This document shows, piece after piece, positions 1 through 8,489 of a DNA stretch of 64,000 bases. Source of the DNA: Candidatus Limnocylindria bacterium (lineage in GTDB: Bacteria; Chloroflexota; Limnocylindria; QHBO01). How positions within the stretch are numbered: the stretch's first letter is position 1; every line of letters starts with the position of its first letter. The DNA is taken from the NCBI GenBank assembly GCA_046715765.1, contig JBKJYH010000046.1, forward strand, positions 9 through 64,008, written 5' to 3'. The notes beneath the pieces were generated by a model. It ran no database searches and had not been told where the DNA came from. It saw only the letters and a program-made list of their open reading frames with translations. The position numbers and the translations under genes were made by a program.

Positions 1-44
1 CACCTTTCAATTGACCGATCCGGTTCTTGCACGCGTCGCACCGC

Positions 45-121
45 GGGCGGTTAGCTCAGCCGGTTAGAGCACCTCGTTTACACCGAGGGGGTCGGGGGTT
101 CGAGCCCCTCACCGCCCACCA
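45..121 (+). tRNA. tRNA-Val (anticodon TAC)
   Basis: Cloverleaf read from sequence: acceptor GGGCGGT/ACCGCCC, D-arm AGCTCAGCCGGTTAGAGC, anticodon loop TTTACAC, T-arm GGTTCGAGCCC, CCA encoded. Very close to the canonical bacterial tRNA-Val. Confidence 0.85.
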
Positions 122-135
122 GCCCGCCTGTTAGG

Positions 136-747
136 ATGGCCGCGTCTCAATTCGCTGACGGAGTGCGCGCGTTCATGGAACCCACTTGGATCATCCTGGC
201 CGTGGTGGCGGTGATCGCCGTCTTCCTGGTCTTCCTGTACAACGGCCTGGTTCGCCTGCGCAACCTGGTGGACGAGGCGTGGAACCAGATCAGCGTCCAG
301 CTCAAGCGCCGACATGACCTGATCCCGAACCTCGTCGAGGCGGTCAAGGGTTACATGGACTTCGAGCAGGAGACCCTGACCAAGGTCATCGAAGCGCGGA
401 CCGCCGCCGTATCGGCGAGCCAGGCAGGAGCGGCAGGAGCCGCGCAATCGGCCCAGGCCGAGAACTTCCTGACCGGCGCCCTGCGCCAGCTCTTCGCCCT
501 GAGCGAGAACTACCCGGACCTCAAGGCCAACCAGAACGTGCTCCAGCTCCAGGAGGAGCTGACTACCACCGAGAACCAGATCGGGTTCTCGCGGCAGCAC
601 TACAACAGCACCGTGCGCGAGTACAACACCTCGATCCAGACCTTCCCCAACGTGCTGCTGGCCGGGATGCTCGGATTCGCCGGACGCGACTACTTCCAGA
701 TCGAAGAGGCGGACGCCGCGGTCCCCACCGTCAAGCTCCGCGACTGA
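136..747 (+). CDS. lemA: LemA family protein (N-terminal TM helix)
   Basis: 203-aa ORF with an N-terminal hydrophobic helix and the LemA-like conserved core (NLVDEAWNQI..KRRHDLIPNLV..NYPDLKANQ). Confidence 0.8.
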   Translation: MAASQFADGVRAFMEPTWIILAVVAVIAVFLVFLYNGLVRLRNLVDEAWNQISVQLKRRHDLIPNLVEAVKGYMDFEQETLTKVIEARTAAVSASQAGAAGAAQSAQAENFLTGALRQLFALSENYPDLKANQNVLQLQEELTTTENQIGFSRQHYNSTVREYNTSIQTFPNVLLAGMLGFAGRDYFQIEEADAAVPTVKLRD

Positions 748-769
748 TCCCGCGCCACCGCGTGGCGTC

Positions 770-1747
770 ATGACCGCGACACCGGCACCAACCACCTTCT
801 TTCACGAGATCGCCCGCAACCGGCGACGGTCGTGGGTGCTCGTCGTCCTGGTGGTGCTCATCCTGGGCGCCCTCGGCGGCGCGATCGGCTATGCCAGCGG
901 CTACGGCTGGGGCGGGATCATTGTCGCGCTGGTCGTCGCCACCCTGATGAGCCTGGGCTCGTACTTTGGCGGCGACAAGCTGGTCCTCGCCAGCAGCGGT
1001 GCCCGAGAGGTCCCGCGAGAGGCTCCACCGGACGGCTACCAGCAACTGATCAACGTCGTCACCGAGATGTCTCTTGCCGGCGGGATACCGATGCCGCGGG
1101 TGTACGTCATCAACGACTCGGCTCCGAATGCCTTCGCCACCGGGCGCGATCCGAAGCACGCCTCGCTGGCCGTCACCACCGGCCTGCTCGAGAAGATGGA
1201 CCGCGAGCAGCTCCAGGGGGTCGTCGCCCACGAGATGAGCCACATCGGCAACTACGACATCCGCTTCACCCTCTTGGTGGGAGTGCTGGTCGGCAGTATC
1301 GCCCTGCTGGCGGACTGGTTCCTGCGGTTCACCTTCTGGGGCGGCGGCAACCGCGGTGGCGGAGGTGACCGCGACAAGGGCGGCGGCGGAATCGCAGCGC
1401 TCGTCTTCGTGCTGGCGATCGTGCTGGCCATCGTCGCGCCCTTGGCCGGCGCGCTGGTGCAGGCGGCGGTCAGTCGCAAGCGCGAGTCACTCGCCGACAT
1501 GAGCGGCGTGGAGCTGACCCGTAACCCGACAGGCCTGGCGCGGGCATTGCGGACCATCGCTGAGGACCCGGAGGTTCTCGAGGTGGCCAACCGGGCCACC
1601 CAGCACCTGTACATCGTCAACCCGATCAAGCGCTTCGAGAAGCGCGCGTCCGGCCTGTGGGACACCCACCCGCCGATGCCCGAGCGGATCGCGGCCCTGC
1701 GCGGGCTGGCGGGCCAGTTCGGCCAGGACCCGTCGCAGATCCCATGA
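770..1747 (+). CDS. htpX: M48-family zinc metalloprotease, HtpX-like
   Basis: HEXXH motif (VAHEMSHIGNYD), multiple TM segments, Gly-rich loop; frequent genomic partner of LemA. Confidence 0.8.
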   Translation: MTATPAPTTFFHEIARNRRRSWVLVVLVVLILGALGGAIGYASGYGWGGIIVALVVATLMSLGSYFGGDKLVLASSGAREVPREAPPDGYQQLINVVTEMSLAGGIPMPRVYVINDSAPNAFATGRDPKHASLAVTTGLLEKMDREQLQGVVAHEMSHIGNYDIRFTLLVGVLVGSIALLADWFLRFTFWGGGNRGGGGDRDKGGGGIAALVFVLAIVLAIVAPLAGALVQAAVSRKRESLADMSGVELTRNPTGLARALRTIAEDPEVLEVANRATQHLYIVNPIKRFEKRASGLWDTHPPMPERIAALRGLAGQFGQDPSQIP

Positions 1748-1777
1748 TCGGCCGCTAGCAGGCCGAGGGAGGTCGCC

Positions 1778-2746
1778 ATGTTTGGATTCGGTCACTCCGG
1801 TTCCGCTCCAGCGCCGTTCGACGGGCTCAACGGTTCGCGGCTCGCGGGGCCGGTAGGTTCCCATCCGCTGCACGAGGTGCGGGCGGCCCAGCTGATCCGA
1901 TCCTCGGACCAGTTGCTAGGAGAGATCACCCTCGATGGACCCGCGCGGGTGGGCGATGGGCTGACCGGCACGATCCGGGTGACCGCGTCCGAGGGGCTCA
2001 GCGCGCGCGGCGCTGCCTTTCGGCTGGTCGGCCTCCGCCTCGACGAGGTCCGACGCGAACGAGAGCAGCGTGACAGCCAGGGACGGGTCATCTCGCGGGA
2101 GGAGTGGGTGGAGGCCCAGGGCCGGCTCTTCGTCGAGCAGACCTTCGTCGAGCCACATGTCCCCGCTGACCTCGCGGCAGGCGTGACATGGGAGGCCCGT
2201 TTCGCGGTCCCCGCGCCACCGCTCGGGCCGCCGTCGGCGCACCTCGGCGAGTCGATCGTGGCGTGGGCGCTGGAGGTGCGATGGGACCGCGCCATGAGCG
2301 GCGACATCCGGCTGGCAACCTTGCTCGTCGTCTCTCAGAACCGTGACCTGCAGGCAGCCGGCGTTGGACGCCAGGGCGGGCAGAGCCTGATGGCCAGCGT
2401 GGCCGTCGGCGATGCCGCCATCGAGGTGACGTCACCGCTGCCCGCGCCGGCCGGGAGCGACCTGCTGGTCCGGGTCCGCTGGCCAGCGGCTCCGTCGGGT
2501 CGCGGCGGCCGAGTCGAGCTCCATCGGCGAACGAACGCGCCCAACGCGGTGGAAGGCATCATCGCGTCCACGGCGGTGGATCCGACCGCCCTGAGGAGCG
2601 GCGCAGATGTGACCCTCACCGTGCCAAAAGGAGCGGCACCATCGTTCGACGGGGCGGGCCTGGAGAATCGGTACGTCCTGCGGGCCCTGGTCGACCGGGC
2701 CCTCTTCGCCGACGCGGCGATCGAGCGCCCGATCGGGGTCGTGTGA
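1778..2746 (+). CDS. hypothetical protein, possibly Spo0M/arrestin-like two-beta-sandwich (tentative)
   Basis: 322-aa ORF with coding-like composition and third position in the LemA-HtpX cassette. Two internally similar halves; only a weak Spo0M resemblance. Confidence 0.5.
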   Translation: MFGFGHSGSAPAPFDGLNGSRLAGPVGSHPLHEVRAAQLIRSSDQLLGEITLDGPARVGDGLTGTIRVTASEGLSARGAAFRLVGLRLDEVRREREQRDSQGRVISREEWVEAQGRLFVEQTFVEPHVPADLAAGVTWEARFAVPAPPLGPPSAHLGESIVAWALEVRWDRAMSGDIRLATLLVVSQNRDLQAAGVGRQGGQSLMASVAVGDAAIEVTSPLPAPAGSDLLVRVRWPAAPSGRGGRVELHRRTNAPNAVEGIIASTAVDPTALRSGADVTLTVPKGAAPSFDGAGLENRYVLRALVDRALFADAAIERPIGVV

Positions 2747-2770
2747 CGCCGTCGATTACTAGTCGGCGGG

Positions 2771-2809
2771 GCTCTGAAGGTAGAGCATCGCCCCGAAGAG
2801 GTGGGTGAC
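2771..2809 (+). other. degenerate tRNA-Phe-like fragment (D-arm plus anticodon arm, GAA anticodon retained; no T-arm or acceptor pairing)
   Basis: 32 of 39 nt identical to the internal part of the intact tRNA-Phe at 6720-6795 (GCTC..GGTAGAGCA.CGCC.CGAAGAGG.GGGTG.C). Confidence 0.5.
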
Positions 2810-2821
2810 GAAACGAAAGGT

Positions 2822-2848
2822 GCCCGCCGCTCCCACTGAGCGGCGGGC
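2822..2848. terminator. GC-rich hairpin between convergent genes, putative bidirectional terminator
   Basis: Perfect inverted repeat gcccgccgctc-ccact-gagcggcgggc. On the minus strand it is followed by acctttcgtttc, downstream of the cupredoxin gene. Confidence 0.5.
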
Positions 2849-2869
2849 ATCGGATGGACGCGAACTCGA

Positions 2870-3838
2870 TCAGGTCGCCGCGACAACAGTGATCGTGCCG
2901 AACATCCCTGCCTCGTAGTGGCCCTCGATCTCGCACACGAGCTCGTAGGTGCCAGGCTCCATCGGGATCAGATACAACTCGATCTCAGCACCGGCAAACA
3001 CCTCCACTTCGCGTGGAGCGGGTGCCTTGAACTCACCCGATGCGTCTTCAGCCTTGCGGAAGGCGACCGTACCGAAGAAGTCCTCGGCCGTGAACTCGTG
3101 CTTGACATCGCCCACGTTGAGAACCGTGATCACGTACGGCTGGCCGGCCGTCAGGCTGATCTCCGACGGCGCAAAGGCGAACTCGGAGAGCTCGATCGTT
3201 GGCGTTTCCGCGGCGTCCCAGTCGGCCGCCTGCACCAAGGCCGGGCCGTCCTGTAGCCACGGGCCGGTGCTCACGTCGGCCAGTTCGACTACCGGCGTTG
3301 CGGGAGTCTCGCCGGTCACGGTGATCGTGCCGAACATGCCTGCCTCGTAATGGCCTTCGATCTCGCACACGAGGTCATAGGTGCCGGGGATCAGGGGGAT
3401 CAGGAAGATCTCGACGGTTCGCCCCGCGAAGACCTCGACCTCGGTGAAGAAGGGGACTTTTACCTCGCTCTCGGCCGTCTCGGCCTTGCGCGTGGCGACG
3501 GTCCGGAAGAAGTCCTCCGCGGTGAACTCATGCTTGACGTCTCCGGAGTTGACGACTTCAAGGACGTACGGCTGGCCCGCCTCGAGGACGAGGTCCTTCG
3601 GCGTGAAGGCGAACTCGGTCAGCTCAATGGTGATGGTCTGCTTCAGATCCCAGTCGGCCGCTGCGACGAAGTCGGCCGCGTTGGCCACGTACATGGCCGG
3701 CGCCGGGGCCTCGCTGGGCGACGTGAGGTCAGGTGGCTCGGAGGAGGACGCTGCCGGACTGGCACTTCCGGCCTGGCAGGCGCTGAGGATGAGAGCGAAG
3801 ACGGTGATGGCCGCGGTCCGGCTCATGGTTGCTGTCAT
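2870..3838 (-). CDS. lipoprotein with two tandem type-1 copper (plastocyanin/azurin-like cupredoxin) domains
   Basis: Lipobox LILSAC. Each half carries His (VKHEF) and Cys/His/Met (LVCEIEGHYEAGMFG) copper ligands. The two halves are about 75% identical. Confidence 0.75.
   Translation of the reverse strand: MTATMSRTAAITVFALILSACQAGSASPAASSSEPPDLTSPSEAPAPAMYVANAADFVAAADWDLKQTITIELTEFAFTPKDLVLEAGQPYVLEVVNSGDVKHEFTAEDFFRTVATRKAETAESEVKVPFFTEVEVFAGRTVEIFLIPLIPGTYDLVCEIEGHYEAGMFGTITVTGETPATPVVELADVSTGPWLQDGPALVQAADWDAAETPTIELSEFAFAPSEISLTAGQPYVITVLNVGDVKHEFTAEDFFGTVAFRKAEDASGEFKAPAPREVEVFAGAEIELYLIPMEPGTYELVCEIEGHYEAGMFGTITVVAAT
2879..3743. repeat. about 432-bp tandem direct duplication inside the cupredoxin gene (domain duplication)
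   Basis: Two near-identical protein halves. The antisense shadow ORFs at 2918 and 3350 start with similar peptides, 432 nt apart. Confidence 0.7.
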
Positions 3839-3969
3839 TGGCGTGCCTCATGGATGCGTGGCTGGTCCCACACAGCATCGGCGGCCGGGGCGCTGCGCGG
3901 TATCGCATCCGCGGGGGGACGGCCGTGGGGCAGACCGCCCATTCGTGGTGGGCAGAACGAGGGATGGAC

Positions 3970-4620
3970 CTACAGGTCGATGAGACCCCGGGAGATGGCG
4001 TACTTGATGAGAGCCGCCTTCGAGTGGAGGCCGAGTTTGCGCATGATGTGGTCCCGGTGTGACTGAACCGTATGCGGGCTCAGGTAGAGCGCCGCGGCGA
4101 TCTCGGCACCCGTCATGCCCTGGGCGATGAGGCCCAGGACCTCCTGCTCGCGGTCGCTCAGCCCATCGTAGGTCGCTCGCTCCTCGTCGCTTCGATCGCG
4201 GTGCAAGTAATCCGCCACGAGCCTCTTGGTGGCGGCGGGAAACAGGTACACATCGCCGCGGTGGGCGGTGCGCACGGCGGAAAGCAGCTCCTGGACCTCG
4301 GCCCCCTTGAGGACGTAGCCTACGGCGCCTGCGCGCAGCGCCTGGAACAGGTAGTCATCCCGGTCGTGGATCGTGAGCATGACAACGTTGATCAACGGGA
4401 ATCGCTCCCGGATCTCGCGGGTCGCGACCAACCCGCTGACGCCCGGCAGCGTGATATCCATCAGCACGACGTCCGGCCGGGTAGCCGGGAGCGCTTCGAT
4501 CGCCTCGCGCGCACTCCCGGCTTGCCCTACGACCTCCATGTCGATCTGGCTGTCGAGCAAGCCGACGATCCCCGCCCGGACGAGGGTGTGGTCGTCGACC
4601 ACCAGCACGCGAATCGCCAC
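3970..4620 (-). CDS. two-component response regulator, NarL/LuxR family
   Basis: Receiver domain (VLVVDDH...D...) followed by a C-terminal LuxR helix-turn-helix. Confidence 0.85.
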   Translation of the reverse strand: MAIRVLVVDDHTLVRAGIVGLLDSQIDMEVVGQAGSAREAIEALPATRPDVVLMDITLPGVSGLVATREIRERFPLINVVMLTIHDRDDYLFQALRAGAVGYVLKGAEVQELLSAVRTAHRGDVYLFPAATKRLVADYLHRDRSDEERATYDGLSDREQEVLGLIAQGMTGAEIAAALYLSPHTVQSHRDHIMRKLGLHSKAALIKYAISRGLIDL

Positions 4621-6591
4621 TCAGGCAGCTTCCGGCACGATCGGGAGTTCGACGACGACCTCGGTTCCGTGTCCGGCCCCGGAACGGACCTGCATCTTCC
4701 CTTCGAGCAGACGCACCCGCTCCTGCATGCCGAGGAGGCCCACGCTCTGCGCGTTGCCTGCCGGCCCGAACACATCCGCGGGGTCGAATCCGCGTCCGTC
4801 GTCGGCGACGGAGAGCCGGGCGACGCCGTCGGCGACCTCGAGACTGACCCGCACATTGCGCGCCGCGGCGTGGCGTGCGACGTTGCCGATCGCCTCCTGT
4901 GCGATCCGGAAGAGCGCGGTCTCGACGTGCCGCACCAGGCGGACGCCAGAACCGTCAGCGTCGATCGTGACCACGGTTGCGGGATCAACGATGCCCATCT
5001 CACACAGCCAGCGGATCGCGGGCACGAGGCCGAGGTCGTCAAGGGCCGACGGCCGCAGCCCCAGGATCAGCCGGCGCGTCTCCTCCAGGAGGCGCGCGGC
5101 GATCGCGCGCGCTTCGGCGATCCGCTCACGGGGCTCGGGGCTGGAGCCTTCTTCGGCCAGACCGTCCCGTGCCCGGTCGAGCGCGATGGCGAGCGCGGCG
5201 AGAGTCTGCGCCGTCTCGTCGTGCAACTCGCGGGCCAGGCGATGTCGCTCCTCCTCCTGTGCCGAGATCGTGGTACGCAGCACATGGCCGAGCCGAGCTG
5301 TCCGGTCGGCGACCCGTGTCTCGAGCTCCGCATTCGTCTGCTCGATCGCGGCAAGAGCGGACTGGAGTCGACGACGCATCACCTCCAGACTGTCGGCAAG
5401 CTGTGCCACCTCGTCTTGCGCGTTGACCTCGATCGGGCTGGCGAGATCCCCCTCGGCCATCCGCTCGGCTGCCCGGGTCAGCATCTCGGTCGGGGCGACG
5501 ACACGGCGGGTCGTGACCCAGGCCACCCCCAGCGTGAGGGCGAAACCGATGCCGATCGAAAGGAAGAGCCGGTCACGAAGTTGGAGCGGGAGCGCCAGGG
5601 CGACGTCCACCGCCTGCTCCAGCACCAGGTAGAACGGGCTGCGCCCAACCGGCACGACGGCCATGACGTGAGACTCACTGCCGGGCGTGCTCTCAGGATC
5701 GTGACGAAGCGTCGCGGCCCCGCCCGCATCGGCGAGGGAGCGGATGGCCGAGTAATGCGGGCTCGGCTGGCCCGGGTACTCGTCCGGTCCGATTCCCAGG
5801 ACAACCGTCCCGTCACCGGCGACGATCTCGAGGTGATATTCCGCGGCGTCGCCGGCGTATGGCGGTGGGACGGCGACCTGGTCAGGCTGCAAGCCATCGG
5901 CTGTTGGCAGGAATGGCAGATTCGAATTCATCGCCTCGATGTGCACGGCCACAATCAGCCCCGCGTTGCCGGACGCCCCGCCAACGCGAACGACCACGAT
6001 GGCGAACGGAGGGGCGCCCTCGGCAGGGGCCACGCCGGCGACTATCCGAAAGCGATCGTCGGGCGAGCTATCGAGGTCCGCCGCTGGCAATTGAGCACCA
6101 CCCGGCGAGGCGCGCGGCTTGCCGGCCTGTTCGAGGAGTCGACCGTTGTCGTCCAGGAGCCATACACCGATGACATTGATGAAGCGGTACAGCTCGGGCG
6201 TGCGTTCGAGGCGAGCGAGCAGACGGGCGGCCGCTCCCACAGGTGCACCCGACCCGGGGCGTGGGAACAGGTCCTGGCGTGACCCCTCGACCTCGGCGGC
6301 AACCTGGGCGAACTCGCGCACGACGGTGCCCGCCGTCATCTGGGCGGTAACGAGCCGCTCCCGGTAGACCAACTCGGTCGCCTCCCCGATCGCACCCAAG
6401 CCGACCACGGCCACCACGCCGAACATCACTGTCAGCCCCGCCGTTACGTAAAGCATGATGCGCCGTTGCAGGCCCAGGCGCCGGAATCGGTTCATGATCG
6501 GCCCATATGGTGTGGCCGCGCGGAGAAGCCGGAGCGATCCATGGTCCACATTACGCCCGGCGGCGCTGGAGCGAGGGACGCTCCCGTACAC
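4621..6591 (-). CDS. sensor histidine kinase (periplasmic sensor domain, HAMP, HisKA_3, HATPase)
   Basis: HELHDETAQTLAAL H-box; N-terminal TM helix, extracytoplasmic domain, second TM helix and HAMP. True start may be the internal Met near 6495. Confidence 0.8.
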   Translation of the reverse strand: MYGSVPRSSAAGRNVDHGSLRLLRAATPYGPIMNRFRRLGLQRRIMLYVTAGLTVMFGVVAVVGLGAIGEATELVYRERLVTAQMTAGTVVREFAQVAAEVEGSRQDLFPRPGSGAPVGAAARLLARLERTPELYRFINVIGVWLLDDNGRLLEQAGKPRASPGGAQLPAADLDSSPDDRFRIVAGVAPAEGAPPFAIVVVRVGGASGNAGLIVAVHIEAMNSNLPFLPTADGLQPDQVAVPPPYAGDAAEYHLEIVAGDGTVVLGIGPDEYPGQPSPHYSAIRSLADAGGAATLRHDPESTPGSESHVMAVVPVGRSPFYLVLEQAVDVALALPLQLRDRLFLSIGIGFALTLGVAWVTTRRVVAPTEMLTRAAERMAEGDLASPIEVNAQDEVAQLADSLEVMRRRLQSALAAIEQTNAELETRVADRTARLGHVLRTTISAQEEERHRLARELHDETAQTLAALAIALDRARDGLAEEGSSPEPRERIAEARAIAARLLEETRRLILGLRPSALDDLGLVPAIRWLCEMGIVDPATVVTIDADGSGVRLVRHVETALFRIAQEAIGNVARHAAARNVRVSLEVADGVARLSVADDGRGFDPADVFGPAGNAQSVGLLGMQERVRLLEGKMQVRSGAGHGTEVVVELPIVPEAA

Positions 6592-6602
6592 ATGCCCACG
6601 AG

Positions 6603-6632
6603 TTGACGCTCGACTCGCGCGGTCGGTATGCT
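6603..6632 (+). promoter_or_regulatory. candidate sigma-70-type promoter for the tRNA cluster (TTGACG-18-TATGCT)
   Basis: Hexamers read from sequence, about 85 nt upstream of tRNA-Phe. Confidence 0.35.
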
Positions 6633-6719
6633 CTCAGGCGCGAGACGCGACCGTGGACGAGGACCGGCCAAGATCAGGCAGGTGGTCGGGCTGCGCGACA
6701 ACCTCAACGGAGCGGGCGG

Positions 6720-6795
6720 GCCGAGGTAGCTCAGTTGGTAGAGCACCGCCCTGAAGAGGCGGGTGTCGTCAGTTCGAATCTGACCCTCGGCACCA
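6720..6795 (+). tRNA. tRNA-Phe (GAA)
   Basis: Acceptor GCCGAGG/CCTCGGC, anticodon loop CTGAAGA, T-arm GTTCGAATC, CCA encoded. Confidence 0.9.
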
Positions 6796-6823
6796 GACTT
6801 CGTGAGCGCGGATCGGTCATCGG

Positions 6824-6899
6824 GCGGAAGTGGCTCAGTTGGTAGAGCATCACCTTGCCAAGGTGAGGGTCGCGGGTTCGAGTCCCGTCTTCCGCTCCA
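6824..6899 (+). tRNA. tRNA-Gly (GCC)
   Basis: Acceptor GCGGAAG/CTTCCGC, anticodon loop TTGCCAA. Close to the canonical tRNA-Gly(GCC). Confidence 0.9.
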
Positions 6900-6942
6900 T
6901 TTCTTTGCCTCGCCTGCTCTGCTAGCCTCAGGCCGGTGCCAA

Positions 6943-7017
6943 TGCCCCGTCGTCTAACTGGCAGGACAGCGGACTTTGGATCCGTGAACCGAGGTTCGAA
7001 TCCTCGCGGGGCAGCCA
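6943..7017 (+). tRNA. tRNA-Gln (TTG)
   Basis: Acceptor TGCCCCG/CGGGGCA with the U1:A72 pair typical of tRNA-Gln; anticodon stem GCGGA/TCCGT, loop CTTTGGA. Confidence 0.7.
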
Positions 7018-7032
7018 GCGCAGTTGAACCGA

Positions 7033-7107
7033 GGCGACGTGCCCGAGTGGCCCAGGGAGCGGTCTGCAAAACCGCGTACACGGGTTCGATTCCCGTCGTC
7101 GCCTCCA
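7033..7107 (+). tRNA. tRNA-Cys (GCA)
   Basis: Acceptor GGCGACG/CGTCGCC, anticodon loop CTGCAAA. Confidence 0.85.
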
Positions 7108-7116
7108 TCATTCGGC

Positions 7117-7202
7117 GCCGGAGTGGCGAAACGGCAGACGCAGCCGGCTTAAACCCGGCGGCCCGCAAGGGCGTGGGGGTTCGAGTCCCTCCTCCGGCAC
7201 CA
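7117..7202 (+). tRNA. tRNA-Leu (TAA), long variable arm
   Basis: Acceptor GCCGGAG/CTCCGGC, anticodon loop CTTAAAC, extended variable arm GGCCCGCAAGGGCGT. Confidence 0.85.
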
Positions 7203-7204
7203 GT

Positions 7205-8467
7205 TCAGCGGCGGCGAAACAGGCTCTGGCGGCGGCTGGGGACCGCTGGCGCGACCTCGGTTGATGGCGTTTCGAGGCCTACCGCCGCGCGGGCCAGGTG
7301 GCCCATCGCCAATGCCGCAGGAGAGGTTGGCCGCGAACTGACCACCGGCGTGCCCTCGTTCACGCTGCGCACGACATCGACATCGGCGAACGGGATCTCG
7401 GCCACCGGGCGCGTCCCCAGCAGGCGCTCGATATCCCTCCCCTTGAGGAGTTCCTTGGCGAACAGGTGGTTGACGGCGAAGTGCACTTTGGCCTCGAGGT
7501 CGGTCGTCTCGCCCAGGTAGGCCAGCAGCAGGCTGACCGCGCGCAGGGCCGCGATCTCCGGATAGACCACCACCACGATGGTGGCCGCCTGCACGAAGAT
7601 CCACAGGACGCGCTCATCTATGCGGCTGCCGGCGTCGACCACGACGTAGTCGAAGCGTGGCCGGAGTAGCGTAATCGCGCGCTCCAATTGCTCGATCCCG
7701 ATCCGGAAATCCATGTCCGGGCGGGTCGGGGCGGCAAGAACGGCGACGCCGGATGCATGTCGGGTCAGGTACGAGGCTGCCTGCTCCACATCGGCCAGCG
7801 CCTGCTGGTCAGCGCACAGGCTGCCGATGTCAAAGTTGGGCGTCAGGTTGAGATGGGTTGCTACCTGGCCGGACTGCAGGTCGAGGTCCACCAACAGGAC
7901 GCGCGCAGCGGCCATCCCGGCTTGGCCCCCTGCCAGTAGGACCGCGGTGTTTACTGCTAGGGTCGTGGTGCCGACGCCACCCTTGGGTGAGAAGAAGGCC
8001 ACGATCTGGCCAGTCGGTGGACCGCCACCGGGCGGGTGCAGGTGGCCGCTGCGGATCAGCAGGGCCTGGACTCGACCCTCCAGTTCGCGCCGGATGTGGG
8101 CTTCGCCGATGACCTCGTCGGCGCCGGCCTCCAGGAACGCGATCCGGGCCTCGATATCCACGGCCGAGGTGATGAGCAGGACCGGCAGCTGACCCCCGGC
8201 CGCAGCGCGTAATCCGGCGATCGCGCCCGCGACCGCCAGGCCATCTGCGACCAGCAGGTCAAACGAGGCATCGCGCAGGGCGGCCACCGCATCGGCCGAG
8301 GTTGGCACGGCGGTGATCGCGTAGCCCAGCCCGCGCAGCTGCGACTCGAGCTGCGTGCGCATTTCACCCGCGGGGGCGCATACCAGGAGGGGATTGGTCG
8401 GCATTTGTCCTGCGGCGGCGGGATTGTTGGCTGCGGAGTATAGGCCGGTGGGCGAGCGCGTTGCCAT
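7205..8467 (-). CDS. CpaE/TadZ-like protein: N-terminal pseudo-receiver domain fused to a ParA/MinD-family P-loop ATPase
   Basis: Walker A (FFSPKGGVGTTTLAVN). The N-terminal REC-like fold lacks the acidic DD pair. No other tad/cpa genes are nearby. Confidence 0.7.
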   Translation of the reverse strand: MATRSPTGLYSAANNPAAAGQMPTNPLLVCAPAGEMRTQLESQLRGLGYAITAVPTSADAVAALRDASFDLLVADGLAVAGAIAGLRAAAGGQLPVLLITSAVDIEARIAFLEAGADEVIGEAHIRRELEGRVQALLIRSGHLHPPGGGPPTGQIVAFFSPKGGVGTTTLAVNTAVLLAGGQAGMAAARVLLVDLDLQSGQVATHLNLTPNFDIGSLCADQQALADVEQAASYLTRHASGVAVLAAPTRPDMDFRIGIEQLERAITLLRPRFDYVVVDAGSRIDERVLWIFVQAATIVVVVYPEIAALRAVSLLLAYLGETTDLEAKVHFAVNHLFAKELLKGRDIERLLGTRPVAEIPFADVDVVRSVNEGTPVVSSRPTSPAALAMGHLARAAVGLETPSTEVAPAVPSRRQSLFRRR

Positions 8468-8489
8468 CCCCGGACTGGGAGCCTATACT
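8461..8489 (+). promoter_or_regulatory. rpsF operon promoter (TTGCCA-17-TATACT)
   Basis: Near-consensus hexamers at 17-nt spacing, about 110 nt upstream of rpsF. The -10 sits inside the recurring GCTATACTCGG motif. Confidence 0.55.

Noticed and set aside
109-795. Long antisense or overlapping ORFs throughout the track (e.g. 109-795 minus, 1252-1779 minus, 4072-6282 plus, 4373-5632 plus, 12719-13528 minus, 14958-16400 minus, 27683-28834 minus, 36837-38069 minus, 60503-62239 minus, 62530-63732 minus)
   Set aside because: In a roughly 70% GC genome, stop codons are rare in all frames. These ORFs overlap confidently identified genes on the other strand, have Arg/Pro/Gly/Ala-dominated low-complexity translations and no recognisable domains.
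2771-2809. The tRNA-Phe-like segment as a functional second tRNA-Phe gene
   Set aside because: No T-arm (GTTCGA) and no acceptor-stem complementarity can be formed around it. It is called a fragment or remnant, not a tRNA.
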